This document shows positions 14,585 through 24,239 of a stretch of DNA of 24,359 bases, in pieces (within the stretch, counting starts at the first letter, position 1; every line of letters begins with the position of its first letter). Both the position numbers and the translations under genes were made by a program. The notes under the pieces are model-generated. The model saw only the letters and a program-made list of their open reading frames with translations, ran no database searches and was not told where the DNA came from. Origin of the DNA: Gemmatimonadota bacterium (lineage in GTDB: Bacteria; Gemmatimonadota; Gemmatimonadetes; Longimicrobiales; Gaopeijiaceae); contig JBDHHQ010000070.1 of NCBI GenBank assembly GCA_039589315.1, positions 1 through 24,359 on the forward strand. Reading direction: 5' to 3'.

Positions 14585-14646
14585 GACGGGTCTCCTCGGT
14601 CGGTCGTGGGAAAGCCCTCCAGGGCGCGGTCTGGAGAGCGTGGGCC

Positions 14647-14676
14647 ATGATAACATGCGCAACTGAGTCGAGTCAC
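14647..14676 (-). promoter_or_regulatory. Putative sigma70-type promoter for the DUF2911 gene
   Basis: Minus strand GTGACT, 18-nt spacer ending in TGT, then TATCAT (extended -10), about 60 nt upstream of the ATG. Confidence 0.45.
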
Positions 14677-14930
14677 CGGACATCGCCGCGTGCGGGCGAT
14701 CGAGACTGGCGCGCGGTGCGGGATCGGCCCCGGAGCTCGAGGGTGGGAAGGAGAGGACCCTGGATGCCCACGATGGGAGCCGTTCACGGTTCGGCTCCGC
14801 AGGATCGCACCTGTCCGCTCGTGCCCGCGACTTGCGCATACCCTGACGAAGGCCCCGAATTAGCCATCGAACGCAACGACCGGCATCCGCGCCACGTCCG
14901 CCGCGGGGTCGACAAGGACGGAGGTATCTC

Positions 14931-16130
14931 GTGGCAGTCTCCGACATCCACGACCGATACGACGCAATCATCGCGGGCGCCCGCTGCGCCGGTGCGGCCA
15001 CGGCCATGCTCCTGGCCCGGCAGGGTCTCCGCGTTCTCGTGGTCGATCCGCTCCCACGGGGCAGAGACACGCTTTCGACGCACGCGCTGATGCGAGGGGG
15101 CGTTCTTCAGCTCCAGCGGTGGGGGCTGCTGGAGGCCGTTCGCGCTGCCGGCACGCCGGCTGTGAGGACCACGACCTTCCACTACGGGGATGAGAGCATC
15201 CCGATCGCCATCAAGGAAAAGGACGACGACGGAATCGACGCTCTCTACGCACCCCGGCGCACCGTGCTCGACCCCATTCTCGTGGAGGCAGCGGAAACGG
15301 CCGGGGCCCAGGTCGTACACGGCGTCGCGGTGGTCGACGTCCTGCGTGACTCCGGTGGCCGCGTTGGAGGCGCAGTGATCGACGGGGCCGGGCTTCCCAG
15401 GAAGCCCGTCTCCGCGGCGATGGTCATCGGTGCCGATGGCTTGCGCTCGCGGGTGGCGCGCCTCGTTGGCGCTGATGTCGAGTACTCGGTTCCCCATGCC
15501 GCGGCCTCCATCTACGGCCACTGGCCCGGCCTTGACGTGGAGGGATACCACTGGAACTTCAGCCCCGGCGTCGGATCTGGCGCCATACCTACGAACGACG
15601 GACATACGTGCGTCTTCGCGGGAATATCCCCACTCGAACTTCAGAAGCACCGAGGCGAGGGCCTGCTGTCCCTGTACCTGCGAGCGCTGCAGGAGTCGGC
15701 GCCCGAGCTGGCCGACGCGATCGCCGGTGCCCGAGAGCCCGTGAAGCTCCGCGCCTTCCCGGGCGTGCCCGGCTTTCTCCGTCGCTCGACCGGCCCCGGA
15801 TGGGCGCTCGTCGGCGACGCCGGCTTCTTCCGAGACCCGTTGACCGCTCACGGCATCACGGATGCTTTCCGCGATGCCGAGCTCCTGGCCCGGGCGATTT
15901 CGGACGGGAGCGAGCAGGCACTTGCGGACTACTGCACAGTCCGGGCGGAGGTCACACGAGGCCTCCTGGACGTCACCGACCGAGTCGCTTCCCTGGAGTG
16001 GGACATGGAGGAGGTAAAGGCGCTCCATTTGACCCTGAACCGGGAGATGAACTTGGGGCTCGAGCTCATTCGGGCGTATGACGCCGAGGAGGGTGACACT
16101 CCGGGGTCCCCGTCGACGGCGGCCGCTTGA
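14931..16130 (+). CDS. FAD-dependent oxidoreductase (geranylgeranyl reductase/FixC/monooxygenase-like)
   Basis: GTG start after GGAGG. YDAIIAGARCAGAATA (variant dinucleotide-binding loop), PRRTVLDPILVEAA, VIGADG and WALVGDAGFFRDPLTAHGITDAFRDA. Confidence 0.92.
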   Translation: MAVSDIHDRYDAIIAGARCAGAATAMLLARQGLRVLVVDPLPRGRDTLSTHALMRGGVLQLQRWGLLEAVRAAGTPAVRTTTFHYGDESIPIAIKEKDDDGIDALYAPRRTVLDPILVEAAETAGAQVVHGVAVVDVLRDSGGRVGGAVIDGAGLPRKPVSAAMVIGADGLRSRVARLVGADVEYSVPHAAASIYGHWPGLDVEGYHWNFSPGVGSGAIPTNDGHTCVFAGISPLELQKHRGEGLLSLYLRALQESAPELADAIAGAREPVKLRAFPGVPGFLRRSTGPGWALVGDAGFFRDPLTAHGITDAFRDAELLARAISDGSEQALADYCTVRAEVTRGLLDVTDRVASLEWDMEEVKALHLTLNREMNLGLELIRAYDAEEGDTPGSPSTAAA

Positions 16131-17609
16131 TCACGGGTTCGCACGTACCCGACCGCGCATCACCAAGAGGGGGAACGCCGCGGATGCGAGGAGAAGCACG
16201 ACCGCGATGGGCGAGCGGACGAACACCCCAGGGTCGCCACCCGAGAGGATCATGGAGCGCCGGAAGTTCGACTCCAGCATGGGCTCCAGGATAAGGCCCA
16301 GCAGCACGGGAATCAGCGGATAGCCGAAGCGCCTGAGCAGGAACCCGACCAGGCCGATCCCGACCGTGAGCAACACGGCGAAGGTGGTGCCCTCCGAGGT
16401 GAACGCCGCTACCACGGCCAACGCACCGATGAGCGGGAAGAGCAGAGCACGAGGCACCCTGGAGATCCGGGCAAAGACCGGGATCAGGAGGAGACCGAAA
16501 GCGAGGATCAGGACGTAGCTCAGGAAGTAGGCTCCGAAGAGAGGACCCAACAGATGGCCGGCCTCGCCAAAGAGCTGCGGTCCTGGTGTGATGCCGTGGA
16601 TCACGAGGCCGCCCAGGATCACGGCCGTTACGGCATCACCCGGGATGCCGAAGGCGAGCATGGGGATGAAGGCTCCGCCCGTCATGGCGTTGTTCGCGGT
16701 TTCGGGCGCGACGATGCCGTCCGGAATCCCGGTGCCGAAGCGCTCGGGGTGGGGGGAGCTGCGCTGGGCTTCCGAGTATGAGAGGAACGCGGCCATGGCC
16801 GCGCCGGCCCCGGGCAGAGCGCCGACGAAGGTCCCGATGATCGCGCTCTTCGAAAAGGTCTTCCATCCCACTTCCCTGACTCTTGGCCACCAGTCGGCGA
16901 AGCCCGCTCCACTCAACGCGCCGACCGTTCCCTTGACGTCCTCCGGCTGGCCCGCCTGGTGAAGAAGCTCCGTCAGGGCGAAGAGCCCGATCACGACCGG
17001 GATGAGTGGAACCCCAACGAGCAGGTCCACGGATCCGAAGGTGAAGCGCGGTACGGAGACCAGTCGGTCGATGCCCACCGTCGCGAGCATGAGACCGATC
17101 ACCGTCGCGGCCATCCCCTTGGTGAAGGAACCCCGGCCAACCGTGGCGACCGCGACCAGCGCCAGGACCACCAGCGCGAACATTTCGGGAGACTGGAACT
17201 CCAGAGCCACGCGCGCGAGCTGGGGCGCGAACAGGAGGAGACCCACGCCTCCTGCGATTCCGCCCACGAACGACGAGAACGTTGCCAGGGCGATGGCCGT
17301 ACCGGCTTGCCCCCGTCGAGCGAGCGCATGGCCGTCCAGCATGGTCATGGCGCTGGCGGGGGCACCCGGGATTCGCAGCGTGATGGCGGCAACGGAGCCG
17401 CCGTAGATACCTCCGGTGTAGATGCCGGTCATCATGACGATGGCCCGGGCCGCCGACATCTGGAACGTGAGGGGAAGCAGCAGGGAGATGGCCAGGGTTG
17501 CCGTAAGGCCCGGAATGGCCCCGACCAATATGCCCAGAAGCACGCCGACGACCAGGAGGGCCAGGAGGGCCGGCTCCAGAAGCAGGTCAGGGGTCACAGC
17601 GCCCCACAC
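16131..17609 (-). CDS. tctA: Tripartite tricarboxylate transporter large permease TctA
   Basis: GILVGAIPGLTATLAISLLLP, YGGSVAAITLRIPGAPASAMTMLDG, GALPGAGAAMAAFLSY, APETANNA..GGAFIPMLAFGIPGD and GITPGP. Alternative GTG start at 17597. Confidence 0.95.
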   Translation of the reverse strand: MWGAVTPDLLLEPALLALLVVGVLLGILVGAIPGLTATLAISLLLPLTFQMSAARAIVMMTGIYTGGIYGGSVAAITLRIPGAPASAMTMLDGHALARRGQAGTAIALATFSSFVGGIAGGVGLLLFAPQLARVALEFQSPEMFALVVLALVAVATVGRGSFTKGMAATVIGLMLATVGIDRLVSVPRFTFGSVDLLVGVPLIPVVIGLFALTELLHQAGQPEDVKGTVGALSGAGFADWWPRVREVGWKTFSKSAIIGTFVGALPGAGAAMAAFLSYSEAQRSSPHPERFGTGIPDGIVAPETANNAMTGGAFIPMLAFGIPGDAVTAVILGGLVIHGITPGPQLFGEAGHLLGPLFGAYFLSYVLILAFGLLLIPVFARISRVPRALLFPLIGALAVVAAFTSEGTTFAVLLTVGIGLVGFLLRRFGYPLIPVLLGLILEPMLESNFRRSMILSGGDPGVFVRSPIAVVLLLASAAFPLLVMRGRVRANP

Positions 17610-17610
17610 C

Positions 17611-18099
17611 TCATCCGAACGGGCCCATCGGAAGCCGTACCTGGAGGGCCACGCGGAAGAACACGAACAGTGCGATCGTGACCAGGGCGGGTACCGCGAG
17701 CAGCCACCGCCGCTCCCGCGTGAACAGGGCGGTCACGACGGTGCTGAAGGCCGCTGTGCTCAACACGAAACCCAGCGGTGCAAAGAGCACCGCGTACGCA
17801 ACGGTCGCGAGAAAGGCCATCCACGATCGTGCCGATCGCTGGGCGGCGGGCTCGACCGTGCTCTCCGTCGGGAGGGTCGCCTCAGCTTCTGAGGATCCCC
17901 GAGCTGACGGTGCGGAGCGGCGGAGCCCGCCGACGAGGATACCGATGGAGAGAGCCGCCAGCAGGACAGCGAAGACCGATGGGAGGAAGCCCGGACCGGG
18001 CTCGCCGCCGCCTGGGGGCAATCGGAACGCCGCTGTACCGTAGGCCAGGGCCACGGCGAGGAGCACGGCCCCCGACCAGACGTCGGCCCGATCCGTCAC
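17611..18099 (-). CDS. tctB: Tripartite tricarboxylate transporter small subunit TctB
   Basis: Four to five hydrophobic segments, GPGFLP, LGFVLST and C-terminal FRVALQVRLPMG, directly upstream of tctA. Start uncertain (GTG at 18099 preferred; the ORF track gives 18129). Confidence 0.88.
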   Translation of the reverse strand: MTDRADVWSGAVLLAVALAYGTAAFRLPPGGGEPGPGFLPSVFAVLLAALSIGILVGGLRRSAPSARGSSEAEATLPTESTVEPAAQRSARSWMAFLATVAYAVLFAPLGFVLSTAAFSTVVTALFTRERRWLLAVPALVTIALFVFFRVALQVRLPMGPFG

Positions 18100-18116
18100 C
18101 GAGCCCCCGCGAGGCC

Positions 18117-19799
18117 TCAAGCGATCCACTTGGAGACCGGGGCGTCCGCTTCCTCGAGGGGTTGGGTCACGACGTCCACCAGGAAAGGGCCGGGCGCCGT
18201 GAGCGCTTCGCTCAGCGCGGTGTCGAGCTCACTCGGATCCTCCACCCGCTTTGCGGGCATCCCGAAGGCCCGGGCGATCGCGGCATGGTCGGCCTCTCCG
18301 AAGTCGACGGAGTAGAAGCGGTCGCCACGGCTCTTTTGCCCCGCCTTGATCCAGCCGTAGCTCGCATTGTTGCAGACGATCAGCGTCACCGGGAGGGCCA
18401 GTCTGACCAGGGTTTCGAGCTCGCCCACGGAGATGCCGAAGCTCCCGTCGCCCATCACGCCGACCACGCGGCTCGCATCGGGTCTCGCGTAGTGGGCACC
18501 CACTACGGCGGGCAGCGAGTACCCCAGGGCGCCGAAGGCTCGTGGGCTGGCGAACCAACGCCCCGGCCGGGGGAGCATCCAATAGGCAGAGAGGTAGGGA
18601 CAAGGCGTGCCCGGGTCGGCCAGGATGATCGAGTCCTGGGGTAGCGCCGCGAACAGAGAAGCCATGAGGCGCTCGGGGCGGATTGGCCGCTCGTCCGACG
18701 CGAACAGGCCTGCCACCGAGTCCGTGTAATCGCCGCGGGCCGTGGCGATCTCCATCGGGTCGATGCGGTCGCCGAGCCCGGACGCTCCCAGCCTGCCGAT
18801 CTCATCGGCCAGGGCCTCCAGTCCGAGCTTCGCGTCTGCGCACAGGCCGACGGCCACGTCGTGCGCGCGTCCGATGACACCTGCATTCGCGTCCAGCTGG
18901 AGCACCGTCGTCGAGCCAGGCGCCGGGAGGGTCCACTTCTCGGTCGTCACCGAGCCTGTGCCACCTCCGACATAGAAGACGAGGTCGGCCTTGCGAACCA
19001 GGTCGTGCCGATAGGGCAGGCCACCGTTGCTCCCGATCACGCCCAGCGCCAGGGGATCCGTCTCGGCCACGGCCCCTTTGCCACAGATCGAGGTGGCCAC
19101 CGCGGCCCCCAGCGCCCGAGAAAGCGTGCCGAGCGCCTCCCATGCCCCGGAGCGAATCACGCCGGCTCCCGCCACCAGGAGGGGACGACGGCTCTCGACC
19201 AGTCGCCGGGCCGCTTCGGCCAACGATCCGGGGTCTGGTGGGAGGCGCTCGGCCGGATACCGGCCGAATCGCGGATCCCCGAACGCGGCCCCCCGATCGA
19301 CGGGTTGGTCCTGTACGTCCAGGGGCAGGCTGACGTGACACGCTCCCAGGCCGCCGGTCGTGGCGTCTCGGAAGGCGCTTCGTACGATGGCCGGCACGTC
19401 ATCGCCTCGACCGGGGGCGCAGGCTCGCTTGGTGATGGGCGTGAAGAGGGCCTGCTGGTCCAGCTCGGTGAGGGTGCCCTTACCTCGATCGGCCACTCCG
19501 ATGTCCGAGGTGAGACACACTACGGGCACCGAGGATTCGTTGGCCTCCGCAACCCCGGGCAGGATGTAGGTCGCCCCTCCCCCGCTCGGTCCCTCGCACA
19601 CCCCGACCCTGTCGCTCAAGCGGGCGTACGCGTCGGCCATGAAGGAGGCACTGCGCTCGTCCCGCGTCAGGATGTGGCGCACGGTGGCAGATTCCGCGAG
19701 CGATCGGTACAGCGGCAGAGACGTGTCGCCGCAGAGTCCGAACACGACCTCGACGCCGAGCTCCTCGAGCACCGCGACCAGCGCGTCCGTGGTCCTCAA
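18117..19799 (-). CDS. Thiamine diphosphate-dependent enzyme (acetolactate synthase large-subunit-like superfamily)
   Basis: GVEVVFGLCGD, HILTRDERSASFMADAYAR (cofactor-activating Glu), GPSGGGAT, and the ThDP motif GDGSFG...CNNASYG. The TTG start overlaps the tctC stop (TTGA). Confidence 0.93.
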   Translation of the reverse strand: MRTTDALVAVLEELGVEVVFGLCGDTSLPLYRSLAESATVRHILTRDERSASFMADAYARLSDRVGVCEGPSGGGATYILPGVAEANESSVPVVCLTSDIGVADRGKGTLTELDQQALFTPITKRACAPGRGDDVPAIVRSAFRDATTGGLGACHVSLPLDVQDQPVDRGAAFGDPRFGRYPAERLPPDPGSLAEAARRLVESRRPLLVAGAGVIRSGAWEALGTLSRALGAAVATSICGKGAVAETDPLALGVIGSNGGLPYRHDLVRKADLVFYVGGGTGSVTTEKWTLPAPGSTTVLQLDANAGVIGRAHDVAVGLCADAKLGLEALADEIGRLGASGLGDRIDPMEIATARGDYTDSVAGLFASDERPIRPERLMASLFAALPQDSIILADPGTPCPYLSAYWMLPRPGRWFASPRAFGALGYSLPAVVGAHYARPDASRVVGVMGDGSFGISVGELETLVRLALPVTLIVCNNASYGWIKAGQKSRGDRFYSVDFGEADHAAIARAFGMPAKRVEDPSELDTALSEALTAPGPFLVDVVTQPLEEADAPVSKWIA

Positions 19800-20764
19800 G
19801 GTGGGCCGATCTCCGCCATCAGCCGCTCCACCCTGGGAGCCAGGGCTTCGAGGTAGGCGAGGGCCCCTGCCCGGTCACGCCACGCCGCCCCGATGGCGGC
19901 GTCCGTCGCCCAGTCCCGATACTCAGGATCCTCCGCTGTGGCTCGACAGGCGCGCCCCAGGGTTTCGAGTATGGTCTCGGGCGTCTTCGCCGGGGCCACG
20001 ACCATGCGGAAGCCGCCGTACTCCACGCCGTAGCCGAGCTCGTTGAAAGTGGGAGCGTCGGGCACCAGCTCGTTTCGCCGTGCCGCCATGACCGCGAGCA
20101 CCCGCAGCGCACCCTCTCTCACGTACGGAAGCGCTGCCGGCAGACTGGAGACGATTGCATCCACCTCGTCCCCCAGCATCGCTGCGAGCTGGGGCCCGGA
20201 GCCCCCCTCGTAGGGCACGTGCCGGAGCGAGACGCCGAGGGCCAGTTCCATGGCCGTGGCGTGCTGGTGCCAGATACCCTGCATGCCGACGTTGCCAACC
20301 GAGATGGTGTCGGTCAGGGCCGCGCGACGGAACGCCTCCAGATCTTCCCAGGCCTCGCCGGGAACGATGAGGGCGCTCGGGTGGTCGGTCACCATGCAGA
20401 TGGGCTCGAACCGTCGCCACGATACGGGCGCGAGACCCAGGAGCTCCACGGTCAGAGCGTCGTAGGTCATCGTGCCCACCGTATACCCATCCGCCGGGGC
20501 GCGTTGGACCAGGGCGAGTCCGACGGAGCTGAGGCCACCCGGGACGTTCTCGGTGATGACCCGTATACCCAGGTGTCGTTCGAAGTGGGTCATGAAGCCA
20601 CGCATGGCCGCGTCGGTCCCGCCGCCGGCGCGCCACGGGATCACATGCCGCACTTCCCGGGACGAGTCGGGGTAGGGCGCGTCCTCCCCTGACCTGGGGA
20701 GCGCGATCAGCCCGACCACGAGTGCGCCAGCGGCAAGAAGGGATAGGCCTGGTCGCTTGCTCAT
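19796..20764 (-). CDS. tctC: Tripartite tricarboxylate transporter substrate-binding protein TctC (Bug family)
   Basis: N-terminal hydrophobic signal; YP..EVRHVIPWRAGGGTD (PxxxGGxxD), ENVPGG, APADGYT, HVPYEGG and PDAPTFNELG. Confidence 0.93.
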   Translation of the reverse strand: MSKRPGLSLLAAGALVVGLIALPRSGEDAPYPDSSREVRHVIPWRAGGGTDAAMRGFMTHFERHLGIRVITENVPGGLSSVGLALVQRAPADGYTVGTMTYDALTVELLGLAPVSWRRFEPICMVTDHPSALIVPGEAWEDLEAFRRAALTDTISVGNVGMQGIWHQHATAMELALGVSLRHVPYEGGSGPQLAAMLGDEVDAIVSSLPAALPYVREGALRVLAVMAARRNELVPDAPTFNELGYGVEYGGFRMVVAPAKTPETILETLGRACRATAEDPEYRDWATDAAIGAAWRDRAGALAYLEALAPRVERLMAEIGPP

Positions 20765-20776
20765 GAGCTCGGGCGG

Positions 20777-22324
20777 CTACTGCCCGTCCGTCCGCTCCAC
20801 GCCGGGTCGTCCGTGCTCGCAGCGCCACGTCGATGCAGTGGCGATCGGGGCTCCGGGACGGGTCACGTACGGCACCGTGCGGTAGTCCGCCAGCCACTCG
20901 TCCTCCGTGACCCGGCACCGCACGTAGCCCCTTCGGGCGTTCTGCCACCGGACGTGGGGGTTCTGGTCCAGGACCGGTGTCACCTCGGCCCACTGGTCCT
21001 CGCCGTCCCCGCCCGAGCTGAGCGAGGTGCCGACGAGCTCGGTGGCCACCACCGGGTTGTCGGGCCGGTCGAAGCCGGCCCGCAGGTCGTTCACCCAATT
21101 GGAGTGGATGTCGCCCGTGAGGACGACCGTGCGTCCGGGAGCACGCTCCGCGACCGCACGGAGCAGCCGGTCGCGGGCCGCGGGATACCCGCTCCACTGG
21201 TCCATGGACGTGAGGACGCTCTCGTCGGGGGCGCGGTCGAAGGGCGCCATCATGATCTGCTGTGCGAGCACCTGCCACCGGGCGGACGAAACGCCCACTC
21301 CGTCGACCAGCCAGCGTTCCTGGTCGGGCCCCAGCATGGTGTGCTCGGGGTCGTCCCAATCTCCGCAGGGCACCGGAGCGGCCCGGCCTCCGCACGGCTG
21401 GTTGCTGCGGTACTGGCGGGTGTCCAGCACCCAGAGACGGGCGAGGGAGCCCCACTGGGTGGTGCGCTGGATCGTCAGGTTCGCCCAGGAGTCGGGCCGC
21501 GGCAGCCGTACCGGCTGATTCTCGAACCACGCTTGGTAGGCTGCCGCCCGTCGCTGGTGCATCTGCTCCCGGCTCTCGAATCGGTTCTCGCCCATCAGGC
21601 CGGCGTAGTTGTTGTCCACCTCGTGATCGTCCCACGTCACGAGCCACGGACGCCGGGCGTGTGCCGCCTGGAGCAGGGGGTCGGTCTTGTACTGGGCGTA
21701 TCGTCGTCGGTAGTCGTCTAGGGCGATGACCTCGTGACCTGCATGGGTCCGCACGCGCGTGGTGTTGCCGGCGTATTCGTAGATGTAGTCGCCGAGGTGC
21801 GCCACCAGGTCCAGCTCTTCGTCGGCCAGGTGCCCGAACGCCGTGAACAGCCCGTGCTCCCAGTGGTTGCACGAGACGAACGCGAGGTCGAGGGGCCGGT
21901 TGGATCCCGCCGAAGGCGTCGTGCGCAGTCGCCCCACGGGGCTGGGGCCCTCGCTCGACGTGAAGCGGTAGAAGTACCACCGGTCCGGCTCCAGCCCCTG
22001 TACGTCGACGTGGGCCGAGAAGCCCAGCTCGGGCGCGCACGTGTAGCGCCCCTCTCGCACGATCCGTGAGAATGCTCCGTCGTGGGCCACCTCCCACCCG
22101 ATCACGGTCCGGAGCCCATCCATCCCCCCGAGCGGCGCCAAGGGGTCGGGAGCGAGGCGCGTCCAGATCACGCACGCGTCCGCGGTCGGGTCGCCGCTGG
22201 CGACGCCCAGGGCGAAGGGATCGTCCGCGAGCTGTGGACGTGCCGTCACTCGCCAGGCGTTGGGTACGCCGGCGCAGAAGAAAGCGTAGCGCGACAGGTC
22301 TGTCAGGAATGTCCGGCGGTCCAT
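20777..22324 (-). CDS. phoD: Alkaline phosphatase D family phosphatase/phosphodiesterase, Tat-exported
   Basis: ATG at 22324 with GGAGG RBS. Twin-arginine MDRRTFL; FALGVASGDP, IWTRL, FVSCNH, HLGDYIYE, WDDHEVDNN, LDTRQYR, DQWSGY and LTGDIH. Confidence 0.95.
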   Translation of the reverse strand: MDRRTFLTDLSRYAFFCAGVPNAWRVTARPQLADDPFALGVASGDPTADACVIWTRLAPDPLAPLGGMDGLRTVIGWEVAHDGAFSRIVREGRYTCAPELGFSAHVDVQGLEPDRWYFYRFTSSEGPSPVGRLRTTPSAGSNRPLDLAFVSCNHWEHGLFTAFGHLADEELDLVAHLGDYIYEYAGNTTRVRTHAGHEVIALDDYRRRYAQYKTDPLLQAAHARRPWLVTWDDHEVDNNYAGLMGENRFESREQMHQRRAAAYQAWFENQPVRLPRPDSWANLTIQRTTQWGSLARLWVLDTRQYRSNQPCGGRAAPVPCGDWDDPEHTMLGPDQERWLVDGVGVSSARWQVLAQQIMMAPFDRAPDESVLTSMDQWSGYPAARDRLLRAVAERAPGRTVVLTGDIHSNWVNDLRAGFDRPDNPVVATELVGTSLSSGGDGEDQWAEVTPVLDQNPHVRWQNARRGYVRCRVTEDEWLADYRTVPYVTRPGAPIATASTWRCEHGRPGVERTDGQ

Positions 22325-22611
22325 GGCCCCTCCGGGGTTGGCTCTCACGAGCCTGGCGCCTACGCCTCCCGCTGGCAAGGGCGCATCACAGTTCGCTGTC
22401 CGTTCCTGACCGGATCGAGACGGAGCGCGATTCCGACGACCGCGGTGTGGGCCGCCCACCTGGTCGGCGCCCCACCGTCGGCACCGGGCTGAGGGTCGGC
22501 CGGTTCCTGTGGCCGCATTCTCACGCCCTTGCTCTCGTCCGGGGACAACTCCTACCGTCAGCCCCGCCGGGGTTCGCCCCGCCCGCCGACGCCCCACACC
22601 GGAGACGGCCC

Positions 22612-24239
22612 ATGCACACGCGTTTCGATCGGCCAGGCTCGATCGCCCTGCCCGTTGCACTCTGCCTGACCATGATCCTGGCCGGTTGCGGCGATCCCTC
22701 GTCCGCGCAGGGCGGGGCTCACGAGGAGCTCGTTCAGCTGTTCCAGGAGTGGCGCGAGTTCGAACGACCGCCGTTCACGGACGGTGTTCCGGACTACACG
22801 GCCGAGACCATGGCTGCCCAGCACGCCGCGCTCCCGGCGTGGATGGACCGGTTGAACGCTCTGAGCACCACCGGGTGGCCGGTGGAGCAGCAGGTCGACT
22901 GGCACCTGGTCCGCGCCGAGATGAACGGGCTCGACTTCGACCACAGGGTGCGACAGCCGTGGGCACGGGATCCGGCGTTCTACGTGACGATCTACGCGGC
23001 CGAGAGCGACGTGCCGGCCCACGAGGGCCCGGTGATCCACGGCTGGATCGACCTCTGGACCTACGAGTACCCGCTGTCGGACACGGACGCCGCCGAGCTG
23101 GCCCAGCGGATCTGGGCCATTCCGGCGCTGTTGGATCAGGCCCGGACCAACCTGTCCGGGAGCAACGCACGCGATCTCTGGCTGGCCGGGGACCGCTCGT
23201 TCCGGTTCCAAAGCGCCGACCTGGAAGCGTTCGGCCAACGGGTGGCTGGCACCAGCGCGGACCTGGACGCGGCCGTCGTAGCGGCGAGGGATGCGTCCGA
23301 CACCTTCCGCGAGTGGCTGAGCGCCCAGGCGCCGGGCAAGACCAAAACGTCCACCTCGTGCCGTTCTCTTGGGAAGAGCAGGTGACCCTCATGCGGCGGG
23401 AGCTGGCGCGGGCCCACTCGTCGCTCCGGCTCGAGGAGAACCGGAACCGTCATCTGCCGGAGATGGAGCGCATCAGCAGTGCCGACGAATACGACCGGCG
23501 CCTCAACGAGGCCGTGGACGCCTACATGGCCTTCCTCGCGGACGAAGAGATCCACGAGATCCGGGAGTGGATGGATCCGGCGCTTCGGGCCGTCAACGGG
23601 AGCTACACGCCGGCCGAGCCCGGCGAGATCCGGAACTTCTTCAGCGAGGTCACCTATCGCGACCCGCTGGCTATGCGCACCCACATGCATCACTGGATCG
23701 AGCTCGCGCGGATGCGCGAGGATCCCCATCCGAGCCCTATCCGGGCGGTGCCGTCGCTCTACAACATCTTCGACCACCGCTCAGAAGGACTGGCGACCGG
23801 GGTGGAGGAGATGTTCATGCACGCCGGCCTGTTCGACGACGCGCCACGGACCCGCGAGTTGATCTGGATCATGCTGGCGCAGCGCGCCGCCCGTGCGCTG
23901 AGCGGTCTCTACCTGCACGGCAACGAGTTCGACATGGAGGAGGCCGTGGCGCACGCCACCCGGTGGACGCCCCGGGGCTGGCTGCCCGATGGCAACCTGG
24001 TCCGGAGCGAGCAGCATCTGTATCTGCGCCAGCCGGGCTACGGCACCAGCTACCTGTCGGGGAAGATCCAGATCGAGGAGCTCATGGCCGAGCACGCGTT
24101 GGTGGAGGGCGACGACTTCACCGTGGGTGGGTTCTTCGACGCGTTCTTCGATACGGGGGTGATCCCGGTCTCCCTGGTGCGTTGGGAGATGACCGGCACA
24201 AAGGACGCGATCCTGGAGGGCACGAGCGCCTTCCCCTAG
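22612..24239 (+). pseudogene. DUF885-like lipoprotein interrupted by a frameshift near 23343 (pseudogene or assembly error)
   Basis: The 5' half (ATG 22612, GGAG RBS, lipobox LAG-C) reads as natural protein to ...QAPGKT and stops at 23385. The 3' half continues in another frame from QNVHLVPFSWEEQ to the stop at 24239, with SEGLATGVEE and YLRQPGYGTSYLSGKIQIEEL...FFD...GVIP resembling the DUF885 C-terminus. Confidence 0.8.

Noticed and set aside
14585..15070. Upstream extensions of the DUF2911 ORF (to 15070), and likewise of phoD (to 22660) and the DUF885-like gene (from 22066)
   Set aside because: They overlap divergent genes, while internal ATGs have strong RBSs and give proper signal peptides.
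18117..19799. Naming the ThDP enzyme ilvB/ilvG
   Set aside because: Only superfamily-level motifs are visible, and the context (inside a TTT operon, no regulatory subunit) does not support an anabolic AHAS call.
19923..22175. 750-aa minus-strand ORF overlapping phoD and tctC
   Set aside because: Alternative frame with extreme Arg/Gly/Pro/Ala composition and no domain motifs; the overlapped frames carry clear family signatures.
23338..23350. Programmed -1 ribosomal frameshift in the DUF885-like gene
   Set aside because: No canonical slippery heptamer or evident stimulatory structure; a deletion or assembly error is simpler.
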